A DNA stretch of 64,000 bases from Sphyrna mokarran (lineage: Eukaryota), in contig JAGIQG010000014.1 of NCBI GenBank assembly GCA_024679065.1, forward strand, positions 21,576,001 through 21,640,000, in the 5' to 3' direction. A program made the position numbers and the translations under genes. A model generated the notes under the pieces. The model was given only the letters and a program-made list of their open reading frames with translations. It made no database searches and was not told the origin of the DNA. Positions within the stretch are counted from its first letter, which is position 1. Each line of letters begins with the position of its first letter. Positions 48,003 to 61,400 of the stretch are shown here, in pieces.

Positions 48003-49083
48003 AAGGACTTAAACTTCTGAATATCCCTCTAATTTTTCTTTCCCTTTAATTTTTTCTGATCCCACTCAACCATCCATATCTTTTGTGCTTTCAGTATCCC
48101 CTCTGACCTTCCACTTCCTGATGTTAAACAATCAGCTTTCAGAAAAAAATACCTCAGCTTTGTCCTCTAACACCTTCACCACAATTAATTCCATCACCTT
48201 CACCTCCACACCCACTTATGAGTGAGCAGTCTTTCCCTGACCAGCAGGCCCTTCCTCAGAATTCCCATTTCACATGGATGCCTTCTTGTCTTTCATCCTC
48301 TCTTAGATCTTTCATTGGGAGCTGTTGGTATGATATGGGGCAGTACAGTGGTTAGCTCTGCTGCCTCACAGTTCCAGGGATCTGGGTTCAATTCCTGGCT
48401 TGAGTCACTGTCTGTGTGGAGTTTGCACATGCTCCTCAAGTCTGCATGGGTTTTCTCATAAGAAATTATGGTTCCTTCCCATAATCCAAAGATGTGTGGG
48501 TTAGGATGATTGGCCATGCTAAATTGCCCCTTAGTGTCAGGGGATGTGTAGGTTAGAATGATTAGCGGGTTAAATGTGTGGGATTGTGGGGTTAGGGCCT
48601 GGTGTGCAGACTTGATGGGCCAAATGGCTCCTTTTGCACTGTAGGGATTCTATGCTTCTATTCTACAGCATCCTCCTTGTTAACAGATAGAGATGTTCAG
48701 AAAGCAGTAAGCTAGAATGAGTGAGGGGAACAGAGAAACTGAGACAGCCAATACCATACCAACAGTTCCCAATGAAAGATCTAAGAGAGAATAAAAGGCC
48801 AGAAGAAGTGATCCGTATGGAATGGGGATTCTGAGGAAGGGCCTGCCAATCAGGGAAAGACTCCCTTACTCAAAAGTGGGCGTAGGGATGAAGGGGATGT
48901 AATTAATTGCGAGGGAGTAAGGGGACAAAGCTGAGGTTTTTTTCTGAAAAGTGATTTTTCAGCATCAGGAAGTGGAAGGTCAGAGGGGATTCTGAAAACA
49001 CAAAGGATATGGCCGGTTGAGTGGGATCAGAGAAAATTAAAGGGAAAGAAAAATTAAAGGGATATTCAGAAGTTTAAGTCCTT
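48003..49083. mobile_element. Foldback element with ~335-bp imperfect inverted arms, with an HE1-type SINE (48336-48665, +) in the loop
   Basis: AAGGACTTAAACTTCTGAATATCCC... (48003-48336) is the reverse complement of ...GGGATATTCAGAAGTTTAAGTCCTT (48751-49083) along its length. Confidence 0.85.
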
Positions 49084-49855
49084 GCTCCATTAAAAATCTT
49101 GACACAAATTTATGTAAGTAAGAATCAAAAGTGGTATTCCTAAACGTGTTGTGTCATTATACTGGCAACCTTTTCATTCCAGAGATGCCCAATTCTGCTA
49201 TGTCCAACGCATCAGATAGGTTAGTAAAATGCTTGAATTATGAGGGGATGCAAACCATTGCCAATCATTGTGGTGCGAAGACAAAGATCCACTGTCAATT
49301 ACCTGAACCTGGTTATTTCTGAATATGAAACTAAACAGAATTTTCTATTATTATGTCACCTTCTATTTCAAAGGGCAGGAGCCTAAAATGGAAATCAGTG
49401 TGATAGGGAAACACAATGTCCTCTGTTAGAATTTACATACCCATCAAGGGTACACAAAACACATCAAGGCTCAAACTCTCATGCAAATGGGAGGCCTTCT
49501 CAATAATACATCTGGAATTCCTGAGCAGAGGCCATAAGGATGCTCAAGGAAATATTTTTATCTGCTCTTGGCTGAGCCTTTCTGCCTGATAGAGATATCC
49601 ATGACCCATGGTCCTCACTTCTTTGATATGCAAAATACATTGTATTGTAACTATCATTGTGCCAAAACAGCTCAAAAATATATTGTTCTATTACATGGGT
49701 AAGCAACAGACTGTCCATTGTTGTTCATGCCCAATAACTTCAACTTCCAAAGCTATGTAGTAACCATGGTTATGAAAATATTTAGCTAGAAACTAGCTTT
49801 CTCCAATCATGCAAAGTCACTCATTTGGCTGTTGGCTCATCTTTTGACTAAGGTT

Positions 49856-50188
49856 GGGTTGCCAGCTCTCAGCAGCAATCTTGGGAAATTGAAGGATTAT
49901 TATTCCCCTAGACACTGTGGTAAGCAACCCAGAAAAGTAACATTAAAAAAAACATCATTTTCTTTAAATATTTTCACTGATTGAAAAATCGCTGGAGATT
50001 GGGGAAAAAAAAATTGTTGTTTGATCTACAATCAGGAATTATTCAACTGGGTAGACTGGGGGATTTCATTTTTCTGTTGGAATGGGATTGATATACTGAG
50101 TGGCCAATGGTAAGTCTGTGGGGGTGAGTGGTTGGCAGCAGGAGATAGTGATGCAATCTCTGGTTACATATTCAGAGTTGGCAACTCC
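49856..50188. mobile_element. MITE-like element with GGGTTGCCA...TGGCAACTC termini (hAT-like)
   Basis: Short imperfect TIRs; a similar end TTGGCAATCCTA at ~63478-63488. Confidence 0.45.
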
Positions 50189-50449
50189 GGCTATCGGAGA
50201 TGTTGCCCTGGTGGCACTGCACTGTGACTGTAGGGGCAGTGATCTTAATGGTAATTGTTGCTTCAATGACACCCATTAAAAGGGCTTTTTAATGGAATGC
50301 ATCCGTGTCCCCATGACGTCAGAGAGGGGGAACTTGTGTTGCATTGGAATTGGCATTTTGCAGTGTCAACATGGTGGGAAAGAATTGCCACTCCCTAGAA
50401 GCTTCTAGCTAGCAACTCTAAAGCTTGTACAATACAGGTCACATCAGAG

Positions 50450-50793
50450 AGTAGTGCAGAAGAGGCTATTTGACCCACAGAGTCTGCATCGATTCTCTGA
50501 TAGAGTAACTTACCCAGGCCCTCTCCCCCACCCCGTAACCGCACACATTTCCATGACTAACCCATCCAACCTACACATCTTGGGACAGTAAGGGACAATT
50601 TAGCATGCCAATCCAACTAACCTGCACATCTTTGGACTGTGGGAAGAAACCAGAGCACTTGGAGGAAATCCATGCAGACACGGTAAGATCGTGCAAACTC
50701 CACATAGACTGTGACCCAAGACTGTAAATGAACCAGGGTCCCTGGTTCAATTCCCGGGAATTGTGAGGCAGCAGTGCTAACTCACTGTGCTAC
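50450..50793 (-). mobile_element. V-SINE/HE1-type SINE
   Basis: Reverse core plus head TGTGAGGCAGCAGTGCTAACTCACTGTGC. Confidence 0.85.
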
Positions 50794-52656
50794 GCCAGTC
50801 CAATCAAATACAGATCTTTCCCTCTTTCATTCAGTACAAGTCCTGAATTACAAAATTTTCTTGCAAAGCGTCTTAATGAGACAACAATCTGCCTTAGTGT
50901 TTGTAGTAATGAGCCTCTTCCAATCGGGCAAATCCCGGTGATGAGCTTGAGCTAACTAACTTCTGGGAATTGAAGTATTTGGTCACATTATTCTCACTCT
51001 CGATAAATAGTTATTAGCATTATCAGTAGCTTTGTTGTTACTCTACTTGGCTTCCTGTTTTACGATATTACAGAGTTAAAAAGGATAGAAAATTTCATAC
51101 AATTCTTTTTCAAACAGCCAAAGGAAGTGTGATGGTATACCAACATCTTTCATAAGCATTTTTAAAGATTTAATTAGAGGAAAGTAACATCTCCAAAACA
51201 GCAATGTAACAACTAAGACATTGTGCCACGGTAATGACCCTGGGAGTGGTGAAAGGAATCATTGTAACTGTTTTTAAATGAAAGTGGTGTCAGATGGTGT
51301 GCAGTTGTAATCTAAAACTGCAGTTGCTCACTCACCTCCCCCCCCAACACAAGTACTAGGCAAAGTAAGAAAGTTCCAATCCCGTTGACTATTGTGACAC
51401 TGGGAAAGCAGGGAGGAAAATAATAAAAGATCATGTTGATTTTTTTTCATGGATTATGTCACCTCAAACCAAGTCTTGAATTGTCCTTCACTGACTCAGC
51501 GAACCAGCACTCAGGTCCTGTGCGGGTGTGGTTGAACCTCTAACCAACAATGAAGTTTCAATGCCAATTAACTTGGGTACTTTGTGATCCTATCCCCTAC
51601 CAACCACTGCACACAGACTTCCTCTGATCTCATACATATCCCCCACCATTCATCTTCCTGCACATGTCGTAGTTGCCATCATGTTCTGCCACTGCTGATG
51701 CCAGCACTTTTTTTTATGGTGCACAGTCACTTGAGATGGATCATTACAATCCCTGGGCATCCTTGTATGGGAAGAGTGGAAAACCAACTTGATCAGAAGG
51801 CCAGTCTATATTTGGCTCTCTGAGGCCCTTGAATCTTCCAAATTAAAGACATGTGATATAAAAATCCAAGCATCCAAAGTAAAAGCCTTCAAAAAGATGC
51901 CCAATTAAATTTGAGCTAATTATTGAGGCTGTGATTGCTGACACAACAGCTGCAGAGAGTTAGCTTGGCACACAGTCGTGAGATCAGCAGTGGGAGTTTT
52001 TGAGTTGCTATTCTAGTTTAGTGTGAGGAGTTAGTGATTAATTAATGCCAATGGAATTGAATACTTTTTAAAAGATTCATTGAAACTAGAAGTAGGTGGA
52101 GGCTATTCGGCCTTCGAGCCTGCTCATCCACTCATTTTGATTATGGCTGATGGTCAAATTCAATATCCTGATTCTCACCTTCTACCCCACATCCCTTCAG
52201 CCCCAAGAACTATACCTAATTGCTTCTTGAAATCAGACAAAGTTTTGGCTTCAACTACTTTCTGTGGTACTGAATTCCACACATTCCCCCACTCTCTGGG
52301 TGAAGAAATTTCTCCTCACCTCAGTTCTAAAAGGTTTACCCCTTATCCTCAAACTACAGGGCCCCAATTCTGGATTCCCCCACCATTGGGAACCTTCTTT
52401 CTTGATTTATCCTGTCTAACCCTGTTGGATTTTAAAAGTTTCTGAGACCCTCCCCCTTCTCACTTTTTTAACTTCTTGAATATAAAGCTGACAGGCTTAG
52501 ACCAATTACTTCCCTTCTAGTCATGAGAAACAGAGCAAGTCTTTAGTTTATTGCAGTATCTCTACTTCTGAGTTAGAAGTAAAAGGTTCAGGTCCCACTC
52601 CAGGCAGGCAACCTGAGTGAAGGACCACAATATGTTCTCTGGATATTGAGTCGACA

Positions 52657-52823
52657 TGATGCAGAGATGTTGGCATTGGACAGGGATAAACACAGTAACA
52701 AGTCTCACAACACTCTCCAGTCACCTGACGAAAGAACAGAGTTCTGAAAGCTAGTGATGTTTATTACCAAATAAACCTGTTAGACTTTAACCTGGTATTG
52801 TGAGATGTCTTACTGTGTTTACC
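52657..52823. mobile_element. 167-bp Penelope-derived hairpin insertion carrying a hammerhead motif
   Basis: Flanks GAGTCGACA (52648-52656) and GAGTTGACA (52824-52832). 52687-52713 pairs with 52795-52821. Confidence 0.8.
52721..52757 (+). ncRNA. Minimal type-I hammerhead ribozyme motif, core intact
   Basis: TCAC CTGACGA A AGAAC AGA GTTCT GAAA GC TA GTGA: 4-bp stem I, 5-bp stem II, CUGANGA and GAAA boxes, palindromic AGCU stem III, predicted cut after CUA. Activity untested. Confidence 0.75.
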
Positions 52824-52945
52824 GAGTTGACACCCAGCGATGATTCCAGACTGGATAGAGTGACCAGAGGCTCAGCAATGGTTTTCCCACCTGAGTAAAA
52901 TTTTACAACACCAATTTTAAATCCAACCAATTTATTTGATAGTAA

Positions 52946-52985
52946 ATCCGCGAGCTTTCGACTTTACCGCCTTCGTCAGGCGAAT
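52946..52985 (-). ncRNA. Minimal type-I hammerhead ribozyme motif, core intact, sense to the DPYSL pre-mRNA
   Basis: Minus strand ATTCGC CTGACGA A GGC GGTAAA GTC GAAA GC TC GCGGAT: 6-bp stem I (one G-U), 3-bp stem II, predicted cut after CUC, followed by a pseudo-LTR tail to ~52900. Confidence 0.7.
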
Positions 52986-54364
52986 GCCATTTGCCACCTG
53001 AGTTAGAAGCACAAGGACTTCCTTGTATAAGTGCTTCCATACTCCGCCACAGTGCGTGTGCATGTTTTGGAAGAAGGCAATTTTTTTTCCAAACTCCTTT
53101 GTGATGTTTCTTTTCCCAGAACTACTATTCAAGGTTTAACTTAAGTGGAGCAAATGATTTCCTGAGCCTTGAAACAAGAAGGAATTGAATACTGAACTAA
53201 CCAAAGATTGAAAATAGACGGACATCACTGTGTGCGCTACAAGTCATAACTAAGTGAACAAACTTTCCGACTGGATTAAGTAAGCCAAACTGAAGTGACA
53301 GCTACTGACATGAGTAATGTATCCTAACAGATTGAGAAGTGCTCCAGGCTCTTTGCGCAGGAATGTTTCACAATCGCATTTTTGCCCAGTTCCTTCTGCC
53401 CAAGAATGAGCTCCATATATAGTGGAGCTGTACATCAATCAGGGGAAAAAAAATTCTTTGAACTCTTCTCTTCATCTGCTTTCTGGGACAGAAAGGTGCT
53501 GACATCATGTTGGTGCAATGCATTTGCGAAGTATTACATTATAAAGCGGTGAAATGTCCATTTAAAGAGAGAATGGATTTCTTTGCCCCTGTTCTGCTTT
53601 CCTTCATTTTGAAGCACAGGAAATGGAATCGGTTGTTCAGCCCATCAAGCCAACTCTGCCGTTTTGTTAAACATAAAACCACAGAAGGATGTCATTTGGC
53701 TCATCTTGTCCATGTCTGCCCAAAGTACTCTCTCTAATCCCACCCTCCTGCACATGGCCCATTGCCCTGTCACTTACAACACTTAAAAGTGCTGATCCAG
53801 GCAGTTTTAAAAAGGTCTCTGCTTTTATGTAAAAAAAGTTATTGCTCATGCCGGCTCTACACCTACTGCCACTTAACCTTGAAACTATGTCCCTACTTGT
53901 CATCTTTTCAACCCTGTTCCTCTCTTTTACCATTTTCTATAATACCTATTTTTTTGGGATATCTTAGTATGATTTAAACATCTCAATTGACTCTGCATCA
54001 ATGGCCTTTACACGGCAGCGAATTTTTGTAATACTTTCACACAGATCTTTTTCAACAGATTCAACTCTGTACTTGTTGACATGTATTGGCCGCTAGCACA
54101 TTCTATGAAAATAGGAACAGGAGTGGCATCAAGTCTGTTCCAATATTCAATGGCATTATGCTAAATTGTGATCTAACTCAATATACCCACTATGGCTCCA
54201 CACCTCCCAGTACCTTTGGGTAACAAACATTTATCAATCTCTAGATTTATGATTGACATTATCACCCAGCATCAACCGATGCTTGTGCATGAGTTTTCTA
54301 AACTTTTAATATGTAGCGTGTTTTCTAATTTCACTTGCCCCAGATCACTTCAATATATATAGCG

Positions 54365-55118
54365 AGAGGTGACAAATGCGGAAAAGTGTGAGGTGATTTA
54401 CTTTGGTAACAATATGTGTACAGAATATAGGGCTAATGGTAGGACTCTTAGTAGTGTAGATGAGCTGAGAGATCTTGGTGTACATGTGCATAGGTCCCTG
54501 AAAGTTGGTATTCAAATTGATAAGGTTGTTAAGGCGGCGTAGAGTGTTAGCTTTTATTAATAGAGGGATTGAATTTCGGAGCTGAGATGTCATGTTGCAA
54601 CTGTACAAAACTCTGGTGCGGCCACACTTGGAATATTGAGTACAGTTTTGGTTGCCACATTATAAGAAAGATGTGGAGACATTGGAAAGGGTGCAGAAGA
54701 GGTTTACCAGGATGTTGCCTGGTATGGTGGGTAGGTCTTATGAGGAAAGGCTAAGGGACTTGAGATTATTTTCATGAGAGAGAAGAAGGCTAAGGGAATG
54801 ACTTAATTGAGGCATATATAATGATCAGAGGGTTAGATAGGGTGGACACAAGGGGACATAGCTTTAAATTAAGGGGTGGTAATTATAGGATGGATGTTAG
54901 AGGTGGGTTCTTTACTCAGAGGGAAGTAAGGGTGTGGAATGCCCTGCCTGCAGCAATTGTGGACTCACCAAATTTAAGGGTGTTCAAATGGTCAGTGGAT
55001 AGGCATATGGATAGCATTGGAATAGTTTAGGTTAGAGAGTCATAAGATTGGTTCCATTGGTTGGCGCAACATCGAGGGCCGAAGGGCCTGTACTGCACTG
55101 TAATGTTCTATGTTCTAT
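54365..55118 (+). mobile_element. CR1 LINE 3' fragment with (TTCTATG)n tail
   Basis: LQLYKTLVRPHLEY and VRVWNALP motifs; tail GGGCCGAAGGGCCTGTACTGCACTGTAATGTTCTATGTTCTAT. Confidence 0.9.
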
Positions 55119-55214
55119 ACCAGTGAACTGTTTCTCACAATGGCATAGCTATTTGCATACACTGATAACTTAGCCACGGTATTCCAAGTGAAAGACTTCA
55201 CCCCGCTTACTCCA

Positions 55215-55805
55215 ATATGGGGTTGTTGGGAATCAGGGCCTATTTCGATGGATACAGGGCAATAAACATGGGACTGGCGGGTTGGATAGAGAGAAATTTG
55301 ATGAGTGTATTCAGAAGGAATTTCTCATTCAGTATGTGGATGGCCCGGCTAGTGATTTGGGAAAACTTAACCTCCTCTTGGGAAGTGAGAGAGGGCAGGT
55401 GACAGACGTGTTAGTGAGAGATCACTTTGGGACCAGTGACCATAATTCTATTGGTTTTAAGATAGCTATAGAGAATGAAAGGTCTGGCCCAAAAGTTAAA
55501 ATTCTAAATTGGGGCAAGGCCAATTTTGATGGTATTAGGCAGGAACTTTCAAAGATTAACTGGAGGAGTCCATGGGAAGGCAAAGGGATGTCTGATAAGT
55601 GGCACACTTTCAACAGTGTGTTAACCAGCGTTTAAGGTAAGTGTTTTCCTCTTAGAGGGAAGGGCAAGGCTGGCAGAAATAAGGAATCCTGGATGACTTG
55701 GGATATTGAGATCCTGGTCAAGAAGAAGAGAGACACATAATATGCAAAAAAAAGCGGCATTGACAAGTTGGGCCGAAGGGCCTGTTTCCATGCTGTAAAC
55801 CTTTG
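55215..55805 (+). mobile_element. Internally deleted CR1: endonuclease region joined to a 3' tail
   Basis: ORF FDECIQKEFLIQYVDGP...HFGTSDHNSI...LNWGKANFDGIR, then GGGCCGAAGGGCCTGTTTCCATGCTGT at ~55770. Confidence 0.75.
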
Positions 55806-58194
55806 TAACTGGACTCCAATCCTTCCCAAGTGAACGACCTTCAGGATATTGGGAAAAAAACTCACTCACTGAAGATCTATGTTCTCAAGAAGCCTCTTTC
55901 AGAAGATAGAGGCTTTGGCCAAACATTACCTAGTCTGTCATTTCAGCCTTCAATTCGGACAACTTGAAGGCGGTGAAGAGCTTCATATCCAGTTTTGTGG
56001 TCAACCACCTATCCACATCCAAAATATCACGGCATCGCTCTGAACCATATACTGAGCAGCCAGCAACACCTCCAGAACATTGGATCGAGGTCAAGACAAG
56101 GAAACTGGCTCGAATGAACCAACACACTTAACTATTTCATTCATCCCATTCTGTCGAACAGCAGAGCACTCTGGCCCAATCTGGCTCTGGAGCCACTTCA
56201 CAAATGAAATCCACCTAGGAAGCGGTGATAATTATTTCTGGGGTGTTGAAACCAGCACAGTTTGAGTAGCTCCCCATGCTAGCACATGTTAACCTTCCTG
56301 ATGTCTGCAGAGAGAAAAATCCTCCTCAAAGAACGTGACCGTCTGACAAATAATGAAGCACTCCCATTGACACACAACTTTGAATAAACCTATGCATGCA
56401 GCTGAAATCCCACAGTTCCTACTGGAACGGACTCCACTCCCTACAAACTCCCTACAAAGATGAAACTTCTCAATTATGCACTGCCCGGTTGACAAAAAAA
56501 AAAAATCACCTACCCCAATCTGACACAAGTGGCAAAGTCTCAGGTTTTAACCTTTATCATGGAGAACCTGGGCTATCCTCAACCACTCAAGATTCAATGA
56601 GCCTTTTTCTGTGCTGTAGAGCTCTGTGACTCTATGATTCTGACTCTTCTGAATGGATTGTAGAAGATGTGATCACTCACACCACAAGTGGAACATGAGA
56701 AATATCTCACATTGTGACTGTGGTCATCCAAGTCAGACCATGTACTGAACTCCTGCCCTGAGTGAACCATTCACACTGTATCAACTGAAGTCAGTGATTG
56801 AACCGTTAATCTTGTCAATGAGGTATAACTGCTTCACTGCAACCATACGAATAATGAAAAACATCCTAAAAAGCATGGCTTCCATTTTTAGGCTATGTCC
56901 CCTTGTTTAAAGTTCCCAAATGGTTTCTCATTATTTACTCTAGTTGCTCCTTTTAATACCTTAACAGCTTTGATACAGTCACCCTTCAATTTTCTAAATT
57001 CCAGGGAATTATGGTGGTAAATATAGACCGAGTCCTCTTCAACGCTAATTGTCCATCCCAATGTGTGGTGCCTGGAACTGCTTACAATTCTCCAGCTGTG
57101 ACCTAACCAGGGCTTTGTATAGCTCAGGTATGACTTCTACCTGCTTGTGATCTAGCCCTCTAAATATAAAGGGCAGCAACCTATCAGCCTTTTTCATTAC
57201 TATGGTCATGAAATTTTAATGGGCTAGGTACATTACCCAAGTTGGGATTTCACTGTTCCTAGCTTTTTACCAATTGTAAAGTACTCTGACCAATTTGTTT
57301 TAGGCCCAATACAAGTAACCTCCCATTAACCCATGCCGAAACCTACTTACCACAGATATATCTATTCACATAATCTGTTAATGTTCCTAATCATAAGAGA
57401 ATTTTATGCTATCACCTAGACTGTTGAAATTGCCACCTATTTTTGTGGCATTGGTACATTTAGACGTGTGGATTTTCATCCCCTCATTGAGACTCCAATG
57501 AAGATCCCTGCAACACCATTCATCACATCTTGCCAACTGGCGTACATTCCCATCATCCTTCCTTTTTTCCAACCACTCAACCAATCTCCTAAACAAGTCC
57601 TTAGTTCCATGAACTTCAACTTTAGCTAACAATCTCTTTGACAAATGCTGTCTGGAAGTCTACACACGTGTTATCACCTTATCCTATTTTATAGATTCCA
57701 GTAATTTTATGACAAAAGATATTGTTATACAGCCTATAATTCCTTTGGTTTCTTCTTCACTGTCTCTCTTTCTCTCTCAAATTTCTCAAGATGCAGAATG
57801 ATTTGTGGAATTTTCCAATCTCAATTCCTGCATCAAGAGAACTTTTGAAGATTGTAGGTAGGAGAACGTCAATACCTTGATTTTAAATGTCTCATCCTTG
57901 TGTTTGAATTCACCAATCTTCTCATCTCTGTAACCTCCTCCAGCTGTACAACCATCTGAGAGATGTGTGTTTCTCCAACTTTGGACCCTTGTGAATTTCC
58001 CAGTTCCTTCACTCTGGCATTGGAGTAGGCACCTTCAGTGTCTTAGGGTTGAATATCTGGAATTCCTTCCACAAAACTCTCCTATGTCCTGCTTTAAGGT
58101 GCTCTTTAAAGTTTGTCTGATTGGCTAAGTTGTTTGTCATCTGTCTTAATGTCTCCCTCTTTGGCTTGATGGCCATCTGATAACCACCAATATG

Positions 58195-58482
58195 CATTAT
58201 CATGATAACCATTGGAGGGAGGGAGAATAGAGATGATGGGATCATCAATAGATCTCCCCCCCTTGGGCCTTTTAGAGTACAAGCTTCTCCATTAAGCTAG
58301 TGGAGGCTAACCCAAGAGGAGAGGAGGAGCAGGGGATTTAGAACAAGTTGGCTCCACTCAGGCCAACAGTTGAAGGACTCCAGGGTTTGATTTATACATT
58401 ATAGCCTCAGGAGCAATACTTTATGCATGTTGTAAATAAAGAATGTTGGTGACAGAAGACTGGCCTCGACGAGATTATTACA
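58195..58482 (+). mobile_element. Solo LTR-like element
   Basis: Ends GTAAATAAAG...GGTGACAGAAGACTGGCCTCGACGAGATTATTACA. ATGCA on both sides (58192-58196, 58483-58487) is a possible TSD. Confidence 0.5.
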
Positions 58483-61400
58483 ATGCACCTTGGGATATTT
58501 TACTTTGTTGAAGACACTGTAGAATTGTTTTTGCTTCGCTCATTTTTTTTTCAGATTATACCTGTTAATGTAGGAACTAAGATCTCTGCAGTAAATAAGC
58601 TTGTCTAATTAACTACACAAATTATGGAATGATAATTTTTTTCATGCTTGTTTTCTCCTTCCCTCTTCTGCAAGTGGTGTCTCATGCAGTGGCACCTGAC
58701 CAGCCTTTGGCTTCTTGCCCAACTGGACAGTCTTCTTGCTTGTCCTTGGACAGCGAGTGCCACCAGCCTGTACAACTGCATGGGAAGCAACACAGCTATT
58801 GTCTGTTCATATCCAGCAGGCTAAAGACTGGACAGCGATCAGATACAGGAATCCCAGGGGCATATGTTTTCTTCCCCCAGCCCAGGAGCATAACCCAAAT
58901 TCCATCTCATCTTAGGGTGCATGTTAGGGTTCCATAATCCATCTCAACTCTGCACCAGGGGGAATCAGGATCGAGACTGGGTGGAGATTTTTTTTGGTCT
59001 GGATGGTTCAGTTCATTGAATTGAGCCAACTACGCATCAAGGAAACTTCTGATAGATAGTAAAGGCCACTTAACTGTCCAGAGTAACAGACAAAACTACA
59101 GGATACAAGTTGTGCTTCCCGTGCATGATGTTAATAAGCTCGAGCAGACAATTCAACTCCTCTATTAACAAAGACAAAGTCATTTGGCTGTCTGGGGCAC
59201 CAGGGTCACTCTGCTCCAATAATTACTAACAATGTATAAATCTCATTAAATGCTGAAACAGATAAAAATGACAACAACTCTCCAAAGCCAACATTAAATA
59301 TATTGTCACCTGATACATTCCAGGATCAGGAATACTTCAGTGAAAACATTTTATTCTTTGTCTATACTGGAGTTTCAAGGTTGTCTGGGTCCTGTTCATT
59401 TGATGTTTTCCATAGTCCGGGAAAGGGGCGGGGGGAGGGGTGGGGTGGGCAGGGCAGCAATAACCGCTTTGTTTGACATGAGTTACTGCTTTAAAAAGTC
59501 AGGAGGGAGGGTGGCATTTTGTTTTTTTTTCCCTAGTGAAATGAAAGGGATTGAGCGAGTGAGGTATTGGGTTCAGTCTTAATGCTCAAAGGCTACGGTT
59601 TCTAATGCTCTGTTACCCCTAGATCAGCAGCACAGGTCAGTAATGTGATACATTCTCCTAACTTATCCAATTATGTTTATTCAGAAATCTGCTCTCCTTA
59701 ATGTTAATTGTAAATGAAAACATCAAGCATTGCTGACTTCAGATAAAAGCTTTTAAAAAGCAGATTATTGCAGACTGATGTTTCGATGATTTCTCCCATA
59801 CCACATTTTATGAAGAATCCATTAAATACGTTCATCAACATTAAAATAATTTAGTAATGATCATGAAAGTCTTTTATAATGTCTTTGTTACATCCTGACA
59901 AAAGATCAACCCAAGCAAGAATGGCTCTGCATCAGGATGTACAAAGTCTCATATACGAAACACAGATTTGAGGGGTAAGGGCTGTAGAATTTTAACTTAA
60001 CTGATCCACCAACTAAAAGGAGCATAATGGGTGGGAGGTGTCATAGTTCCCGCTTTCTAGTGGGGATGCAGTATAGGCAAAATTGCTGGCTCAGGGAAGG
60101 CCGTTTGTCCACGTAGAGAAGTGAACTAGTCCCAGCATTTCAGGAAAATGTTGCCCGGGTGGCGCAGGGGAGGGAAGGGGCCATTCCGAAAACCGGCAGC
60201 ATGGAATCATTAGCCTCAGGAGGGGTTCAGAGGGATCTTTGGAGAGGCAAGTGCGAAATCAGAAGCCTTCGTGCGTGGAAAAAGATCAGGGGTTTGGGGG
60301 TTTTGTCAGATGGAGAGCTGGTGTTAGGAGTGCAGAGGAGTTGGTGGGAGGACGGAAGGGTCAGAGAAGTGTGGAATATACCTGACCCAAACTCGACCAT
60401 TTTGGGGGATGAAGAGTCAGAGCAAAATTCAATGGAACAATAAGCAGGTGAGGAGGATGTCACACATGGTAAAATTTGCAGACAGAAACATGCCAGACAA
60501 GCATATATCACACATGGCACAATGTAGACCAAAGCATATTAAACACTCTGCAACTGAAGCAAGTTAAAAATGGGTAACTTACAGGGACAAATGAAACATG
60601 GGACAATCAAAAAGAGCAGAATGTAGGACTAAGGGACAATGCAACCTGACACGTAGCTATGGCTGGATCAGTTGACCACATCTATTTGTGGTACACTCCA
60701 CATTTACTGCCGGAATTAATGCAATGACTTCTTATTATTCCTGCAAATTGAAGTAACATTGGAATATAGCTGGATTCGGAGGATCAAACCACGAGGGCAG
60801 ATTAGACAAGCCAGCATTGCGCTCCAGCAATTAAGGATAAATGGTGATTTGATCAATGTTTTTCACGGCATTAAGCAGAACAAATAAGGCAGATAGAGGG
60901 AAACAATTCCCGCCAGCTGGGGAGTCTACTAGGAGGCACAGTCAATGAGAACATTCATATATAGTACAGGACAGACATGAAAAGAAGTTTCAAAGTCCCT
61001 TCCACAAACATAATTGGAGCCAGATTAAACATTATTTTAAAACTGATGGATTTCTGTTCAAAAGGGTGAGGAGAATGGCACAAAAACAGATTTTATGCCC
61101 AACTTGTGAATTAGCCATGAACTGTGGAACAAGCAGGAAAATCAGAATAGTATCCTCCTACTCTCACTATTACTAGCGTCAGATATCTGGCTTCACAAAT
61201 GTAAAGATTGTAAAGAGATAATTTTTGACAAGACCCGATTATTAATTGAGATTTGACTTTGGGAGGAGACGGGAGCCATCCAAGTATGCGCAACTCCCGG
61301 GCAATGTCGGGCCCTGGAGGAAAATAATTCCAGCAGTTTGTCGGAAATAAAGTAAAACAATATTCTTTCCTGAATTATGAAACATTTGTTGTGCTTTTGT

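Noticed and set aside
55947-56131. Acceptor-like ctgtcatttcAG followed by ~60 open codons (FNSDNLKAVKSF...MNQHT*)
   Set aside because: No recognisable protein and no partner exons; this length is expected by chance.
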